A stretch of 64,000 bases of DNA from Archaeoglobus sp. JdFR-27 (GTDB lineage Archaea; Halobacteriota; Archaeoglobi; Archaeoglobales; Archaeoglobaceae): positions 15,025-79,024 of the forward strand of contig MTMO01000044.1 of assembly GCA_002011235.1 (NCBI GenBank), read 5' to 3'. The position numbers were made by a program, and so were the translations under genes. The notes beneath the pieces are model-generated. The model had not been told where the DNA came from and searched no databases. It saw only the letters and a list, made by a program, of their open reading frames with translations. How positions within the stretch are numbered: position 1 is the stretch's first letter; each line of letters starts with the position of its first letter. Positions 28,901-39,320 of the stretch are shown here, piece after piece.

Positions 28901-30736
28901 TTACAATTCAATGCCGAGTTCTTTAAGTTTCTCTTTCGTTGGTCTACCGTTCTCCCATCCTCTAAGCTGGTAGTATTCAGCCTTCATCTTTTCCAGATCA
29001 ACCACTTGTCCTTTCGCAGCACCTTCGGGCATCGGCTCCTTGAGCAATCTTGGAGGTAGGGTATCATCCCTTCCGTCGAGTCCGAATTTGTTCAGGATAA
29101 CCCTCTCGAGATTGTAGATTCTCTCTCCGATCTTCATGAGGTCATCGGCACTCATCTCCCATCCTGTAACAGCTGAAAGCAATGGAGCGAAATCTTCTGC
29201 TCCAAGAGCGAAGGTCGTGAACAGGCAGTTAACTGTAGAGTTAACAACGCACGTGAAGTCCTGGAAGGCCTTGGCCCATGCAGCCTTGCCCTCTTCAGTG
29301 AGCGGATCGACTTTCTCTGGCAATCCAGCAATCTCAGGAGCGACAGTATAACCTGTCACATGGCACCCTCCTCTGTTTGCGGTAGCATAGGTGAGCCCTA
29401 TGCCCTTTATCCCTCTCGGATCGTAAGCTGGCATTTCAAGTCCCTTAACGCTCATCGAAAGCTCAGGATGGCCGAACATCTCTGCAAGTCTTTTGCTTCC
29501 GAGGGCGAGGTACTTTCCAAATCCTGCGGTATAAGCTGTTTTCCAAACCATTTCAACCAGCGCAGCACCATTACCGAACTCCAGATCAACACCTTGTAGA
29601 TACTCATCTGGAATTGCTCCTTTCTCTTTAAGCTCCATCGCAGCAGCAATTGTAGATCCCATCGAGATGGTGTCCATTCCGAATTCATCACAGAAGTGGT
29701 TGGCTTTTATTATCGCCTCCAGATCCGTAACTCCTGTTGCATTTCCAAGAGCCCATATCGATTCATACTCAGGCCCCTCAGAATACAGAATCTGGTATGC
29801 TCCCTTTTCAACCTTCGTAACTCTCCCGCATGTTATTGTGCATCCCCAGCACGCGTGATTCTTTATCAGGTATTTCTCCGCAAGTGTTTCTCCACTTATC
29901 TTGTCCGCATCGGGATTGTATCCGGTTTGCCAGTTCTTGTAAGGCAGCGAACCTGCATTATTTATGACGTTCACGAGAATTGCCGTGCCGAATTTTGGAA
30001 GTCCCTCTCCAGTGAGAGGATTCTGTTTGATCTTATCGTTTGCCTTCTTGGTTTCTTCCTTGAATCTCTCTTCATCAACGGGCTTTGGCCTCTCGCTACC
30101 GCTGCAAACAATGGCTTTGAGCATCTTGGAACCCATCACAGCTCCAACTCCAGTTCTTCCTGCTGCCCTATGTTCCTCGTTTATTATACACGCAAATCTA
30201 ACCAGATTCTCTCCTGCTGGCCCTATGCATGCAACGCTACACCTTCCAACCCTCTCTTCGAGTATCTTCGTTGTGTCGAAGGTTGTCTTCCCCCAGAGAT
30301 CTGACGCATCCTTTAACTCAGCAACCCCATCAACTATCTCCAAATACACCGGCTCAGCAGCCATTCCTTCGATGACGATTATGTCGTAGCCAGCAAATTT
30401 CATGTACGGCCCGAACTTTCCGCCTGAGTTTGCACTCCCGATCGATCCGGTTAATGGAGAGCGGGCTGTCATCACGTGGTATCTCCCCGATTCAGGAAAG
30501 CCAGCAATGCCAGTTGCAGGCCCAGTGGCAAAGATCAAATCGTTGTATTCACCAAAGGGGTCTATATCTGCAGGGAATATCCCCTTTTTTTCAAGTTCCT
30601 TTAGTTTCTGATAGATGAGATAGGTTGCATAGCCCTTTCCTCCCAGGTAAAGCTTTGCAACCCCTTCGTCAATTGGTTCGGTTTTAATGCTCCCATCAGA
30701 AAGGTTTACTCTCAAAATTTTACCCATATAACCCAT
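28901..30736 (-). CDS. aor: Tungsten-dependent aldehyde:ferredoxin oxidoreductase
   Basis: 'SPLTG', 'AGRTGVGAVMGSK.LKAI', 'CWGCTITC', 'GPEYE', 'D..GMDTIS', 'RGGCH'. Confidence 0.94.
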   Translation of the reverse strand: MGYMGKILRVNLSDGSIKTEPIDEGVAKLYLGGKGYATYLIYQKLKELEKKGIFPADIDPFGEYNDLIFATGPATGIAGFPESGRYHVMTARSPLTGSIGSANSGGKFGPYMKFAGYDIIVIEGMAAEPVYLEIVDGVAELKDASDLWGKTTFDTTKILEERVGRCSVACIGPAGENLVRFACIINEEHRAAGRTGVGAVMGSKMLKAIVCSGSERPKPVDEERFKEETKKANDKIKQNPLTGEGLPKFGTAILVNVINNAGSLPYKNWQTGYNPDADKISGETLAEKYLIKNHACWGCTITCGRVTKVEKGAYQILYSEGPEYESIWALGNATGVTDLEAIIKANHFCDEFGMDTISMGSTIAAAMELKEKGAIPDEYLQGVDLEFGNGAALVEMVWKTAYTAGFGKYLALGSKRLAEMFGHPELSMSVKGLEMPAYDPRGIKGIGLTYATANRGGCHVTGYTVAPEIAGLPEKVDPLTEEGKAAWAKAFQDFTCVVNSTVNCLFTTFALGAEDFAPLLSAVTGWEMSADDLMKIGERIYNLERVILNKFGLDGRDDTLPPRLLKEPMPEGAAKGQVVDLEKMKAEYYQLRGWENGRPTKEKLKELGIEL

Positions 30737-30843
30737 TCTATAACCTCCAAGATTAATAATGTATGAAGCTATTTAATTTTTCCCTTCAAAATCAGGTTTT
30801 TATATCGATATGTTTTATAATACATAACGATTAAAAATTAAAT

Positions 30844-31407
30844 TCAGTAAAGAAAATAGATAATGAGCGACTGAATTGAGCCAATAATGAATCCTATCAC
30901 AGCCCCAGAAACCTCAATGAATCTCAATTCCTTTTTCGCAAATTTCTTGAAAAGATCTTCTATCTGTTCATCGCTAATTTCTTCCGCCTTTTTCAGGACG
31001 AACTCTTTTATATCGACGTTCTTGGAGATGTTCTTTGTGATTATTTCTTTGATGTGGGAAGCTAAATTGGATTCTATCCACTCGTCAATCTTTTTTGGTA
31101 TGCTTGTATATCTTTCAAGAACAGAAAACCAGCTGTTTTGGACTCTGTTTTTTAAGGATTCTTTATAGGATCTTGTCACAGCTCTTTCAATGAGGAACTC
31201 AAAATCCTTTTCGTTCAAAATTTCCGAAAGAGAGTCCATAAATCTCTCGATAATCTCCTTGCTTCTTGCTGGCACTAATCCTTGGAGTTTGAAATTCAGA
31301 ATCCTGATAGGTCTTTTTGGATGGAAAAGAAGTTTGACGGCTATTACATTTGTTATAAATCCTACGAAGGCTCCTACAACAGGGGGTAAGAGGAGGACAA
31401 GATTCAT
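30844..31407 (-). CDS. DUF445 family membrane protein
   Basis: 'GAFVGFITNVIAVKLLFHP...QGLVPAR' and C-terminal 'ELRFIEVSGAVIGFIIG'. Confidence 0.85.
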   Translation of the reverse strand: MNLVLLLPPVVGAFVGFITNVIAVKLLFHPKRPIRILNFKLQGLVPARSKEIIERFMDSLSEILNEKDFEFLIERAVTRSYKESLKNRVQNSWFSVLERYTSIPKKIDEWIESNLASHIKEIITKNISKNVDIKEFVLKKAEEISDEQIEDLFKKFAKKELRFIEVSGAVIGFIIGSIQSLIIYFLY

Positions 31408-31680
31408 AGATAAAACTAAAATGGTCTATTTAATTAATTTACCATCCGAATTTTTGGGCTGATTTATATGGAGTTAGAGTTTCGCTGAGCGAACCGCTGG
31501 TTAGAATTGTTCGCTTGGAAGACTTACAAAGTTAGGCAATGAATTTAGTCGTTTTAGAATATTCGTGAGACGATCTATTTCTGGCTATTTTCGTGATTGC
31601 TCATGTTCCAATGTCAAAATCTGTTTACTTCGCCACATTGGAAAAGAAAATTTTATAATAAATAATTTAACTTTAAATTT

Positions 31681-32784
31681 ATGAGAGTTAAAATTACGAT
31701 CGGAGAGAAAATGATAGGGTTTTTATCCATCCTTGCCATGATCTCTGTATTAACAATCTCAATCTTTGTCCCCGGCTGTCTAAGCCTGAATCAATCGGGA
31801 GATCGGAATCAGCAGATAGAGAGCACAATAACACCAGCAGATTCTCCGAAAATCCCGGGGCGAGGATTCTTTATGGGTGTTCTTCCGATACCTGCTGACG
31901 ATCAATCTTTTGAAGAGGTATACCCTCAGGCGGCTCAATATGTGGAATTCTCACCTGTTTGGGGAAAGCCAAGTCCCTTTTACAACCTTGCGGACGATCT
32001 ATCCGGGTGGTGGGGGCGAGCTTTTGTAGACCAAAACATACGCGGGAATGGGATGTTTCCGATCATCCATGTTTCATTCATAGGGTGGAACATGAGCCTT
32101 ATAACTCCACCGGGTATGGAAAATGCCACCCTCAGCGACCCGGAATGGAGAGCAGCTTATAAACAGGCAGTCCTGGATGTTGTAAAAGCTTCAAGGCCAC
32201 TCTATCTGTCCATCGGCAACGAAGTTAATCGCTGGTATGAGAAATATGGAGCAGGAGAGAACAACCCCAATGGCTTTCAACACTATGTTAGCCTTTATGA
32301 AGAGATATACGACGCGGTAAAGGAGATATCTCCAGAAACCAAAGTTTTTTGCACCTTTGCCCGTGAGATATTGCCTGAAACCCGAGAAGCGAATCTCGAA
32401 GTTCTCTCGATGTTTAACCCTGAGAAAATGGATCTTCTGGTTTTCACGAGCTACCCTTTTGCCGTTCGAGGGATCAACAGACCATCTGACATCCCAGACG
32501 ATTACTATTCCAGAGCGTTAAGCTATTTCCCTGATAAACCATTCGGATTTAGCGAGCTGGGTTGGCCATCGGTGGAAGCTTTCGGCGGTGAGCAGGCTCA
32601 GGCTGACTTCATAACTCAAGCAGCAGGACGTCTTACCAGAGAACAGGGAATAAACCTGCACCTGTTTGGATGGGCGTGGTTACATGATTTGAGTGAGAAG
32701 GATACTATCGGGCTTATAAAGAGGGATGGTACGGAAAAATTGGCGTATAAGGTGTGGAAGAATCTATCCACTTCAGGTAAATAG
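31681..32784 (+). CDS. Putative lipoprotein glycoside hydrolase, clan GH-A TIM barrel (GH53-like)
   Basis: Hydrophobic signal ending 'VPGC'; 'IGNEVN' (acid/base) and 'FSELGW' (nucleophile); 'TSYP'. Confidence 0.65.
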   Translation: MRVKITIGEKMIGFLSILAMISVLTISIFVPGCLSLNQSGDRNQQIESTITPADSPKIPGRGFFMGVLPIPADDQSFEEVYPQAAQYVEFSPVWGKPSPFYNLADDLSGWWGRAFVDQNIRGNGMFPIIHVSFIGWNMSLITPPGMENATLSDPEWRAAYKQAVLDVVKASRPLYLSIGNEVNRWYEKYGAGENNPNGFQHYVSLYEEIYDAVKEISPETKVFCTFAREILPETREANLEVLSMFNPEKMDLLVFTSYPFAVRGINRPSDIPDDYYSRALSYFPDKPFGFSELGWPSVEAFGGEQAQADFITQAAGRLTREQGINLHLFGWAWLHDLSEKDTIGLIKRDGTEKLAYKVWKNLSTSGK

Positions 32785-33047
32785 ATCCTTTAAACTTTCC
32801 GCCTATAACATTGCATTGCTCTTTAAAGTACATCCATTAAATGACAGAAATTTATATTTGTGAAAGTAAAGAAGTTAGCGGAATTGGAGATCCGCTGGAT
32901 GTGATGCGATGTAAAAAATGAGCGAATCCATAACTCCTACCAAAATTGGAGACAACGCAAAGTTACAATTTCCAACTTCCGAACAAAAAACGAATTCCGT
33001 ACGTAACTAACCTCATCTTCCCTTTCTGAAAAGAGGCACTTAAAATA

Positions 33048-33970
33048 TTGGAGAGCATTGTAATCTCAATTCTTCTGACAGTATCAATCCTTTGGCTGTT
33101 CGGTGAGCGCTGGTATCCTTTACGCCCTTCAACCTGGAGATTTATGCAAGAAGGCGGCTTGCGACAACTCCTCAACCTAAATGCTTTGCATGCATACCTC
33201 TACGGTCGCTGGACAAACCAATATATCAATTTGCTCGTTAATCACATAACTCCTCGCTTGGGACCGCGAGGGAGGAAGTGGTTGGCGGATCGCTACCATG
33301 GCAAAGTACTAACGCATGAACACGCTAAAGCTATTATCACCCTCGAGAAGGACATACCGTTGTGCGATTTGGAGCAGATCATTCCATATCCACTGGCACG
33401 CGAGTTGGTGCTTAAAGGACCGCCTGATATTGCCGTTTACGAATGCGGATGCCGCAACTCGCGAGCGAATCCCTGTCAGCCTACTCAGGTCTGCATGGTC
33501 ATAGGTCAGCCCTTTGTTGACTTCGTTCTGGAACACAACCCCCACAGCAGCCGACGAATAACTCAGGTAGAAGCCCTAGAGCTCTTGCAGGCTGAGCATG
33601 AGCGTGGGCATGTGCATTCTCCATGGTTCAAAGATGCCTGCTTGGACCGATTTTATTCTATCTGCAAATGCTGCAAATGCTGCTGTGGTGGTATAGAGGC
33701 GATGACCAAGCATGGAGTCGCCATGATGCCTCCATCGGGATACGTTGCTCAGATAGATGAAGATCTCTGCACTGCCTGCGGCACATGTGCAGAAACATGC
33801 CCATTCGGTGCCCTTTCAGTGGAAGAGATCAGCATCTGGACTGGGAGAAGTGTATGGGATGTGGTGTTTGCGTAGAGAAGTGTCCTGAGGGTGCGATATC
33901 GCTAGAGAGAGGCGAAAGGAAGGGTTTACCTCTAGATGTGAGACTTTTGGCAGATGAGGACGCCTGCTAA
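33048..33970 (+). pseudogene. Cys-rich 4Fe-4S dicluster protein split by a single-base frameshift at about 33836
   Basis: ORF 33048..33875 has 'CGCR', 'CKCCKCCCG' and the first ferredoxin motif 'CTACGTCAETCP'; the second motif 'CMGCGVCVEKCP' is in the frame of 33785..33970; ATC/CTG share one C at 33836. Confidence 0.8.
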
Positions 33971-34099
33971 GGTAATCGTTAGCGATCCATTAGAGCAAGA
34001 TTCAAGCAGGAATTTGAGGATAAAGCAAAACGAGGATTCAAAATTAGCTATGGCTTTAGTTTCAGAAAACTTATCACCTGGGAAAACGGAAAATATTAC

Positions 34100-34660
34100 A
34101 TGAGAGTTCGATGGTTAGGCAACTCCTGTGTTGAGTTAATTGATGGTAAACACATTCTTATAGATCCGAACTATATTGTAGAGCCTAAAGAAAACGTGGA
34201 GCTGATTTTGGTTACCCACGAGCATGGAGACCACTTCGATCTAGAAAAGTTTGAGAAGCTGGGTGTTAAAAAGCTTGTAGCACCTAAAGCCACCCTTAAA
34301 GAATATGGTTTGGATGGAATCGAAGCGAAGCCAGGAGTGGAGATTGATGGGGTAAGAATCCTAGAGAGCTGGTGCTGGAAAGCAAAAGAAAGCTGCAGCT
34401 ACTTCTACAAAGGAATTCTCCACGCTGGAGACTCTGCAAGATTCCCAGAAATTGAAGGGGTTAAACTCGTTTTCACCGCATGCTTTCCCGATTTTTACGA
34501 TGATCACCTCAACGAGTTCAAAAGGATGAGGCCAGAGTTGATAGTTCCTTTCCACTATTCAAAAGAAAAGATCGAGAATGCTAAAGGTTTGAAGAAGTTG
34601 CTTGACGAAAGTGGCTTAAACTGCAAGATTCTAGAGGTAGGAGGAGAAGTTGAAATTTAG
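34100..34660 (+). CDS. Metallo-beta-lactamase fold hydrolase (UPF0173/UlaG-like)
   Basis: 'WLGNSCV', 'IDP', 'THEHGDH', 'HAGDS', 'PFHY'. Confidence 0.88.
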   Translation: MRVRWLGNSCVELIDGKHILIDPNYIVEPKENVELILVTHEHGDHFDLEKFEKLGVKKLVAPKATLKEYGLDGIEAKPGVEIDGVRILESWCWKAKESCSYFYKGILHAGDSARFPEIEGVKLVFTACFPDFYDDHLNEFKRMRPELIVPFHYSKEKIENAKGLKKLLDESGLNCKILEVGGEVEI

Positions 34661-34930
34661 GGTTGAGTTTAATTTAATTAAAGTTGCCTAAGTGAGTTTT
34701 AAGTTCTAAACCCCCTCTTTATTTTCCCTTCAGTTTGTTGAATTGAAATCTTTGCTGTGGAGTGTTGGATTTTGCTTGTTTTATTTACCACTTTCTAAGA
34801 AAGACCTATTAATTCTCTTAACTCAATAGGATGTAGATTTTTTGACATTATTTTTTGACATTAGATAATAAAAGTCAATGGGAAAAAGAAATAATGGAAA
34901 CGGAGAAAAACAAAAATTCAACCCAAAAGC

Positions 34931-36574
34931 TCAAAATATCTGAGGTGCTTGGTACTCTCCGAAAACCTCTCTTAAAACATCAGTTGTCTCTCCCAAAGTT
35001 GCTCTTGCCTCAATACACTCGAGAATGTACGGAACAAGATTCTCATCCGATTCTGCGGCTTTTTTGAGATTATTCAAAGCCTCTTCAACCTTCTTCTTGT
35101 CTCTCGTATCTTTGAATCTCTTCAATCTTTCCATCTGCTTCCTCACCATGTTTTCGTCTATTCTGAGGATCTCAAGCTCTATTTCTTCTTCAATCTGATA
35201 TTTGTTGACTCCAACAACAGTCATCTCACCCTCATCTATCTTCTTCTGCTTTTCGTAGGCCGATCTCTGGATTTCCTTTTGCGGGTAGCCAACCTCAATC
35301 GCCCTAACCATTCCGCCCATCTCATCGATCTTTTCTATGTACTTCATCGCCTCTTCTTCAATTCTGTCGGTCAGCCATTCTATATAGTAACTCCCGCCTA
35401 AAGGATCGGCAACATCTGCAACACCGCTTTCTTCAGCCAAAATCTGCTGAGTCCTTAAAGCGATTCTCACAGCTTTTTCAGTAGGCAAACTTAGCGCCTC
35501 ATCGAAGCTGTTCGTATGCAGGCTTTGGGTTCCGCCGAGAACAGCAGCTAAAGCCTGAATTGTAACCCTAACGATATTGTTTTCCGGCTGTTGAGCTGTG
35601 AGTGTGCATCCAGCCGTCTGGGTATGGAATCTCAGCATCATCGACCTCGGGTTCTTAGCCTCAAACCTGTCTTTCATTATCCTTGCCCAGAGCCTCCTCG
35701 CAGCCCTGAACTTTGCCACCTCCTCAAAGAGATTGTTTCCGGCAGCAAAGAAAAAGCTCAGTCTTGGGGCAAAGGCATCGACATCCATTCCTCGCTCGAT
35801 GACTTTCTCAACATAGGTAATGCCGTCTGCAAGGGTGAAAGCTACCTCCTGCACTGGTGTTGCCCCAGCCTCCTCCATGTGATAGCCTGAGATGGATATG
35901 GAGTTCCATTTTGGCACTTCTTTAGCGCAGAACATTATGATGTCCGTTGCAAGGCGAAGAGAAGGTTCAGGCGGGAAGATATAGGTTCCTCTTGCTATGT
36001 ATTCCTTCAGCATGTCGTTTTGAACTGTTCCTCTGAGTTGATCCCTCGAAATTCCCTGAGATTCAGCTATCGCTATGTACATGCTCAAAATCTGGGCACA
36101 TGTAGAGTTAATCGTCATTGAGGTTGAGACCCTATCTAAAGGAATGCCATCAAACAGAATCTGCATATCCTCTATCGTGTCGATCGCAACTCCCACTTTC
36201 CCTATCTCGCCCATTGCCATTGGATGATCTGAGTCGTAACCTATCTGTGTTGGGAGATCAAAAGCAACACTCAAACCTGTCTGTCCCTGTTCCAGCAAAT
36301 ATCTGTACCTCTTGTTTGTCTCCTCAGCGGTTCCAAAGCCAGCGTACTGCCTCATAGTCCATACCCTTCCACGATACATTGTCGGATATATGCCACGAGT
36401 GAAAGGATAAACTCCAGGATACGACAGGCTTGAATCGTAATCGAGATCGATGTCTTCGGGAGTGTAAACTTGATCGACAAGAAAACCGGATGTAGTAACG
36501 AATTCTTTTTTTCTCTCTCCAGCCTTTTTCAGGAAAGGCTCGAGATACTTCTCCTCCCATTCTTTCTTATTCAT
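34931..36574 (-). CDS. Methylmalonyl-CoA mutase, large (substrate-binding) subunit
   Basis: 'YPFTRG', '[10 protein letters not shown]' (Tyr), 'KEYIARGTY' (Arg), 'FHTQT', 'HTNSFDEA'; the Tyr/Arg pair indicates methylmalonyl- rather than isobutyryl-CoA specificity. Confidence 0.95.
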   Translation of the reverse strand: MNKKEWEEKYLEPFLKKAGERKKEFVTTSGFLVDQVYTPEDIDLDYDSSLSYPGVYPFTRGIYPTMYRGRVWTMRQYAGFGTAEETNKRYRYLLEQGQTGLSVAFDLPTQIGYDSDHPMAMGEIGKVGVAIDTIEDMQILFDGIPLDRVSTSMTINSTCAQILSMYIAIAESQGISRDQLRGTVQNDMLKEYIARGTYIFPPEPSLRLATDIIMFCAKEVPKWNSISISGYHMEEAGATPVQEVAFTLADGITYVEKVIERGMDVDAFAPRLSFFFAAGNNLFEEVAKFRAARRLWARIMKDRFEAKNPRSMMLRFHTQTAGCTLTAQQPENNIVRVTIQALAAVLGGTQSLHTNSFDEALSLPTEKAVRIALRTQQILAEESGVADVADPLGGSYYIEWLTDRIEEEAMKYIEKIDEMGGMVRAIEVGYPQKEIQRSAYEKQKKIDEGEMTVVGVNKYQIEEEIELEILRIDENMVRKQMERLKRFKDTRDKKKVEEALNNLKKAAESDENLVPYILECIEARATLGETTDVLREVFGEYQAPQIF

Positions 36575-36601
36575 ACTCCACCTCCTAAACAGTTAACATC
36601 C

Positions 36602-37042
36602 TCACACAACAAACGCAACAACATCTCCGGCGGCAACCTTATCTCCCGGCTTTACAACAATCTTCGATATTCTACCGCTTTTTGGAGAAGAAATCGAGTT
36701 TTCCATCTTCATAGCCTCTAAGATGAGGATGTCTTCACCCTCTTTTACCTCATCTCCCTCATTCTTGAGTATCTTGGTAATCGTTCCTGCCATAGCAACG
36801 GTTATGGGTGTGCCCTCCCCTTCGACTTTCTTTACAACTTCTCTTTCGACTGCTTTTGCCCCCTCAACTTTGGCCTCAGCTTTCGCTTCGGCTTTAGCTT
36901 CGATTTTCTCCACCAGAGCACCCAATTCAGAAATGGATATCCTTGCCTTCTTTCCTGCAATGCTAACGCTGAAAACGTTTGGCTCTATTTCTTCAACTTC
37001 AACCTCGTACCTCTTTCCCTCGACAAAAACCTCGTATTTCAT
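36602..37042 (-). CDS. Biotin carboxyl carrier protein (methylmalonyl-CoA decarboxylase gamma-like)
   Basis: 'LEAMKMEN' biotinylation motif; Ala/Lys/Glu linker. Confidence 0.94.
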   Translation of the reverse strand: MKYEVFVEGKRYEVEVEEIEPNVFSVSIAGKKARISISELGALVEKIEAKAEAKAEAKVEGAKAVEREVVKKVEGEGTPITVAMAGTITKILKNEGDEVKEGEDILILEAMKMENSISSPKSGRISKIVVKPGDKVAAGDVVAFVV

Positions 37043-37058
37043 CCTACCACCTGAAAAG

Positions 37059-37190
37059 CTAAAGAGTTCTGGAGAACAGCTTCCAGTAGCTGAATTCCCT
37101 CCTTATCTCAACTGGTCTCTCTCTCATGTCTATCAAATACTTGTGGATCGCAGCCATAGCAGCCAGAAATTCTTCCGGTTCAAGCGACAT
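37059..37190 (-). CDS. Small (43 aa) acyl-CoA carboxylase epsilon / decarboxylase delta-like subunit, absent from the ORF track
   Basis: Manually translated MSLEPEEFLAAMAAIHKYLIDMRERPVEIRREFSYWKLFSRTL; GGTGA RBS at 37196-37200; fills the gap between the CT and BCCP genes. Confidence 0.8.
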   Translation of the reverse strand: MSLEPEEFLAAMAAIHKYLIDMRERPVEIRREFSYWKLFSRTL

Positions 37191-37212
37191 TTTTATCACC
37201 TATGCCTATCAC

Positions 37213-38763
37213 CTACAGAGGAATGTTTCCATGTTTCTTTGGAGGAAGCTTCTCCCTTTTCGTCTCTAGAATTCTCAAGGCTGAGATTATCTTGCTCCTC
37301 GTAAACTTAGGATCTATGACGTCATCGATGTATCCTCTAGCAGCAGCCCTGTATGGATTTGCGAACTTCTCGCGATATTCGGCTATCTTCTTCAACCTCA
37401 TCTCGTTTGGATCTTCAGCAGCCTTGATTTCCTTCCTGAAAACGATCTCTGCAGCCCCTTCTGGGCCCATAACAGCTATTTCGGCTGTCGGGTATGCATA
37501 AACAATATCCGCTCCAAGATGTTTGCTTCCCATCGCAAGATAAGCTCCTCCATAAGCTTTTCTCAGGATTATCGTTACCATTGGGACTGTAGCTTCGCTG
37601 TATGCAAACAGAATCTTTGCTCCGTGCCTTATTATCCCACCGTACTCCTGATCAACTCCAGGCAGATATCCCGGGACATCAACAAAAGTTAATATTGGAA
37701 TGTTGAAAGCATCACAGAATCTTACGAATCTCGCAATCTTATCACTCGAATTCACGTCGAGCGTTCCTGCATAGAATCTCGGATTGTTTGCAACTATTCC
37801 AACACTTCTCCCATCCATTCTTGCAAAGCCAACTGTCGCATTTTGAGCGTAGAAGGGATGAATCTCGAGGAATTCCCCGTTATCGACGACCTGCCTTACT
37901 ATGTCTCTCACGTCGTAGGGTTTCTGAGGATCCTCAGGCAGTATGTCGTAGATCTGTGGTGTTGTTCGTGCTGGATCGTCTCCCGTTTGAAGCACGGGAG
38001 GATCATCAAGATTGTTGAGAGGTAGATAACTAACGAGCTGCCTAACAAGCCTTAAAGCGCTCTCATCATTGTCAGCTACAAGATGACAGTTACCGCTCCT
38101 CATCGAATGGGCTTCCCAGCCCCCCAGGGCTTGAGGTGTAACCTCTTCTCCCGTTACTGTTTTGATCACACCTGGCCCGGTTATGAACATGTAGCATCCT
38201 GGATTCTTTGTCATTACAATAAAATCACCAATTGCAGGACTGTAGACAGCTCCTCCAGCACATGGACCCATAATAACACTTATTTGTGGAATCACCCCGC
38301 TTGCGAGGGTATTTCGGTAAAAGATGTCTCCGTATCCTTTGAGAGCATCAACACCCTCTTGGATTCTTGCACCCCCAGAGTCGTTCAGGCCGATGATAGG
38401 CATTCCCATTTTCATCGCGAAATCCATTATGTATGCTATTTTGAATCCATGCATCTCTCCTAAGCTACCACCCATCACAGTGAAATCCTGAGCGAATACC
38501 GCTACAGGCCTACCATCTATCGTTCCGTATCCTGTCACAACTCCATCAGCAGGCAGATCTATTTTGTCAAGGCCGAAGTCCGTGTTTCTTTTCTCAACGA
38601 AGGGATTCACTTCGATGAAGCTTCCTTTGTCAAGTAAGATTTCGATTCTCTCTCTTGCTGTGAGCTTGCCTGTTTTATGTTGCTTTTCTATTCTTTCGTC
38701 TCCCCCCATTTTCTTGATACGATCTTTTTTCTCGTAAACTTCATCAATTAGCTCCTTTTTCAA
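37213..38763 (-). CDS. Acyl-CoA carboxyltransferase (methylmalonyl-CoA decarboxylase alpha / PccB)
   Basis: 'GKLTARERI', '[10 protein letters not shown]', '[10 protein letters not shown]', 'GPCAGGA', 'DVPGYLPG', 'KKHGNIPL'. Confidence 0.96.
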   Translation of the reverse strand: MKKELIDEVYEKKDRIKKMGGDERIEKQHKTGKLTARERIEILLDKGSFIEVNPFVEKRNTDFGLDKIDLPADGVVTGYGTIDGRPVAVFAQDFTVMGGSLGEMHGFKIAYIMDFAMKMGMPIIGLNDSGGARIQEGVDALKGYGDIFYRNTLASGVIPQISVIMGPCAGGAVYSPAIGDFIVMTKNPGCYMFITGPGVIKTVTGEEVTPQALGGWEAHSMRSGNCHLVADNDESALRLVRQLVSYLPLNNLDDPPVLQTGDDPARTTPQIYDILPEDPQKPYDVRDIVRQVVDNGEFLEIHPFYAQNATVGFARMDGRSVGIVANNPRFYAGTLDVNSSDKIARFVRFCDAFNIPILTFVDVPGYLPGVDQEYGGIIRHGAKILFAYSEATVPMVTIILRKAYGGAYLAMGSKHLGADIVYAYPTAEIAVMGPEGAAEIVFRKEIKAAEDPNEMRLKKIAEYREKFANPYRAAARGYIDDVIDPKFTRSKIISALRILETKREKLPPKKHGNIPL

Positions 38764-38841
38764 TAAATTCCCCTCCTGATCTTTTTCTCTGAGTTTTGAC
38801 TATTTGACTATTCGAACCTTCTAATCTGACTTTTATAGTAC

Positions 38842-39237
38842 TTATCCTTCAACAAATTCTAAAAGAACACCTTTCGTGCTTTTCGGGTGTACGAAGGCGA
38901 TCTTCTTTCCTCCAGCACCAATTCTCGGTTTCTCATCTATAAGCGTCAATCCATTTGATTTAGCGTTCTCAAGGGCCTTCTCAATATTTTCAACATTCAC
39001 AGCGATGTGATGGATGCCCTCTCCTCTCTTCTCTATAACTTTCGCGATCGCACTATCTTCCGATGTCGCCTCTAAAAGCTCTATCTTGCTCTCTCCAACC
39101 GGAAGCATTGCAACTCTTACTTTCTGCTCAGCAATCTCTTCAATCTCTTTCAGCTCAAATCCAAGCTTTTTGTACAAATCTATAGCCTCATTAAGGTTTT
39201 TAACGGCTATACCGATATGATCAAGCTTTTTTATCAT
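38842..39237 (-). CDS. mce: Methylmalonyl-CoA epimerase
   Basis: VOC fold 'DHIGIAV', 'IELLE', 'GIHHIA', 'FVHPK...GVLLE'. Confidence 0.94.
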   Translation of the reverse strand: MIKKLDHIGIAVKNLNEAIDLYKKLGFELKEIEEIAEQKVRVAMLPVGESKIELLEATSEDSAIAKVIEKRGEGIHHIAVNVENIEKALENAKSNGLTLIDEKPRIGAGGKKIAFVHPKSTKGVLLEFVEG

Positions 39238-39320
39238 TTCTTCACCTCCTTTAAATCCTTTAAAATTTTAAGTTCAGCTCATAACTGAGTGAACTGTATT
39301 AAATTCATTGGAGATTAAAG

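Noticed and set aside
32918-33010. 30-aa ORF MSESITPTKIGDNAKLQFPTSEQKTNSVRN upstream of the Fe-S gene
   Set aside because: No recognisable motif or clear RBS; cannot be separated from chance
33830-33845. Programmed -1 frameshift in the Fe-S gene
   Set aside because: No X XXY YYZ slippery site or obvious downstream stimulator
34931-36574. Isobutyryl-CoA or 2-hydroxyisobutyryl-CoA mutase (alkane or branched-chain novelty)
   Set aside because: Specificity residues read RQY and ARGT (Tyr/Arg), the methylmalonyl-CoA pattern
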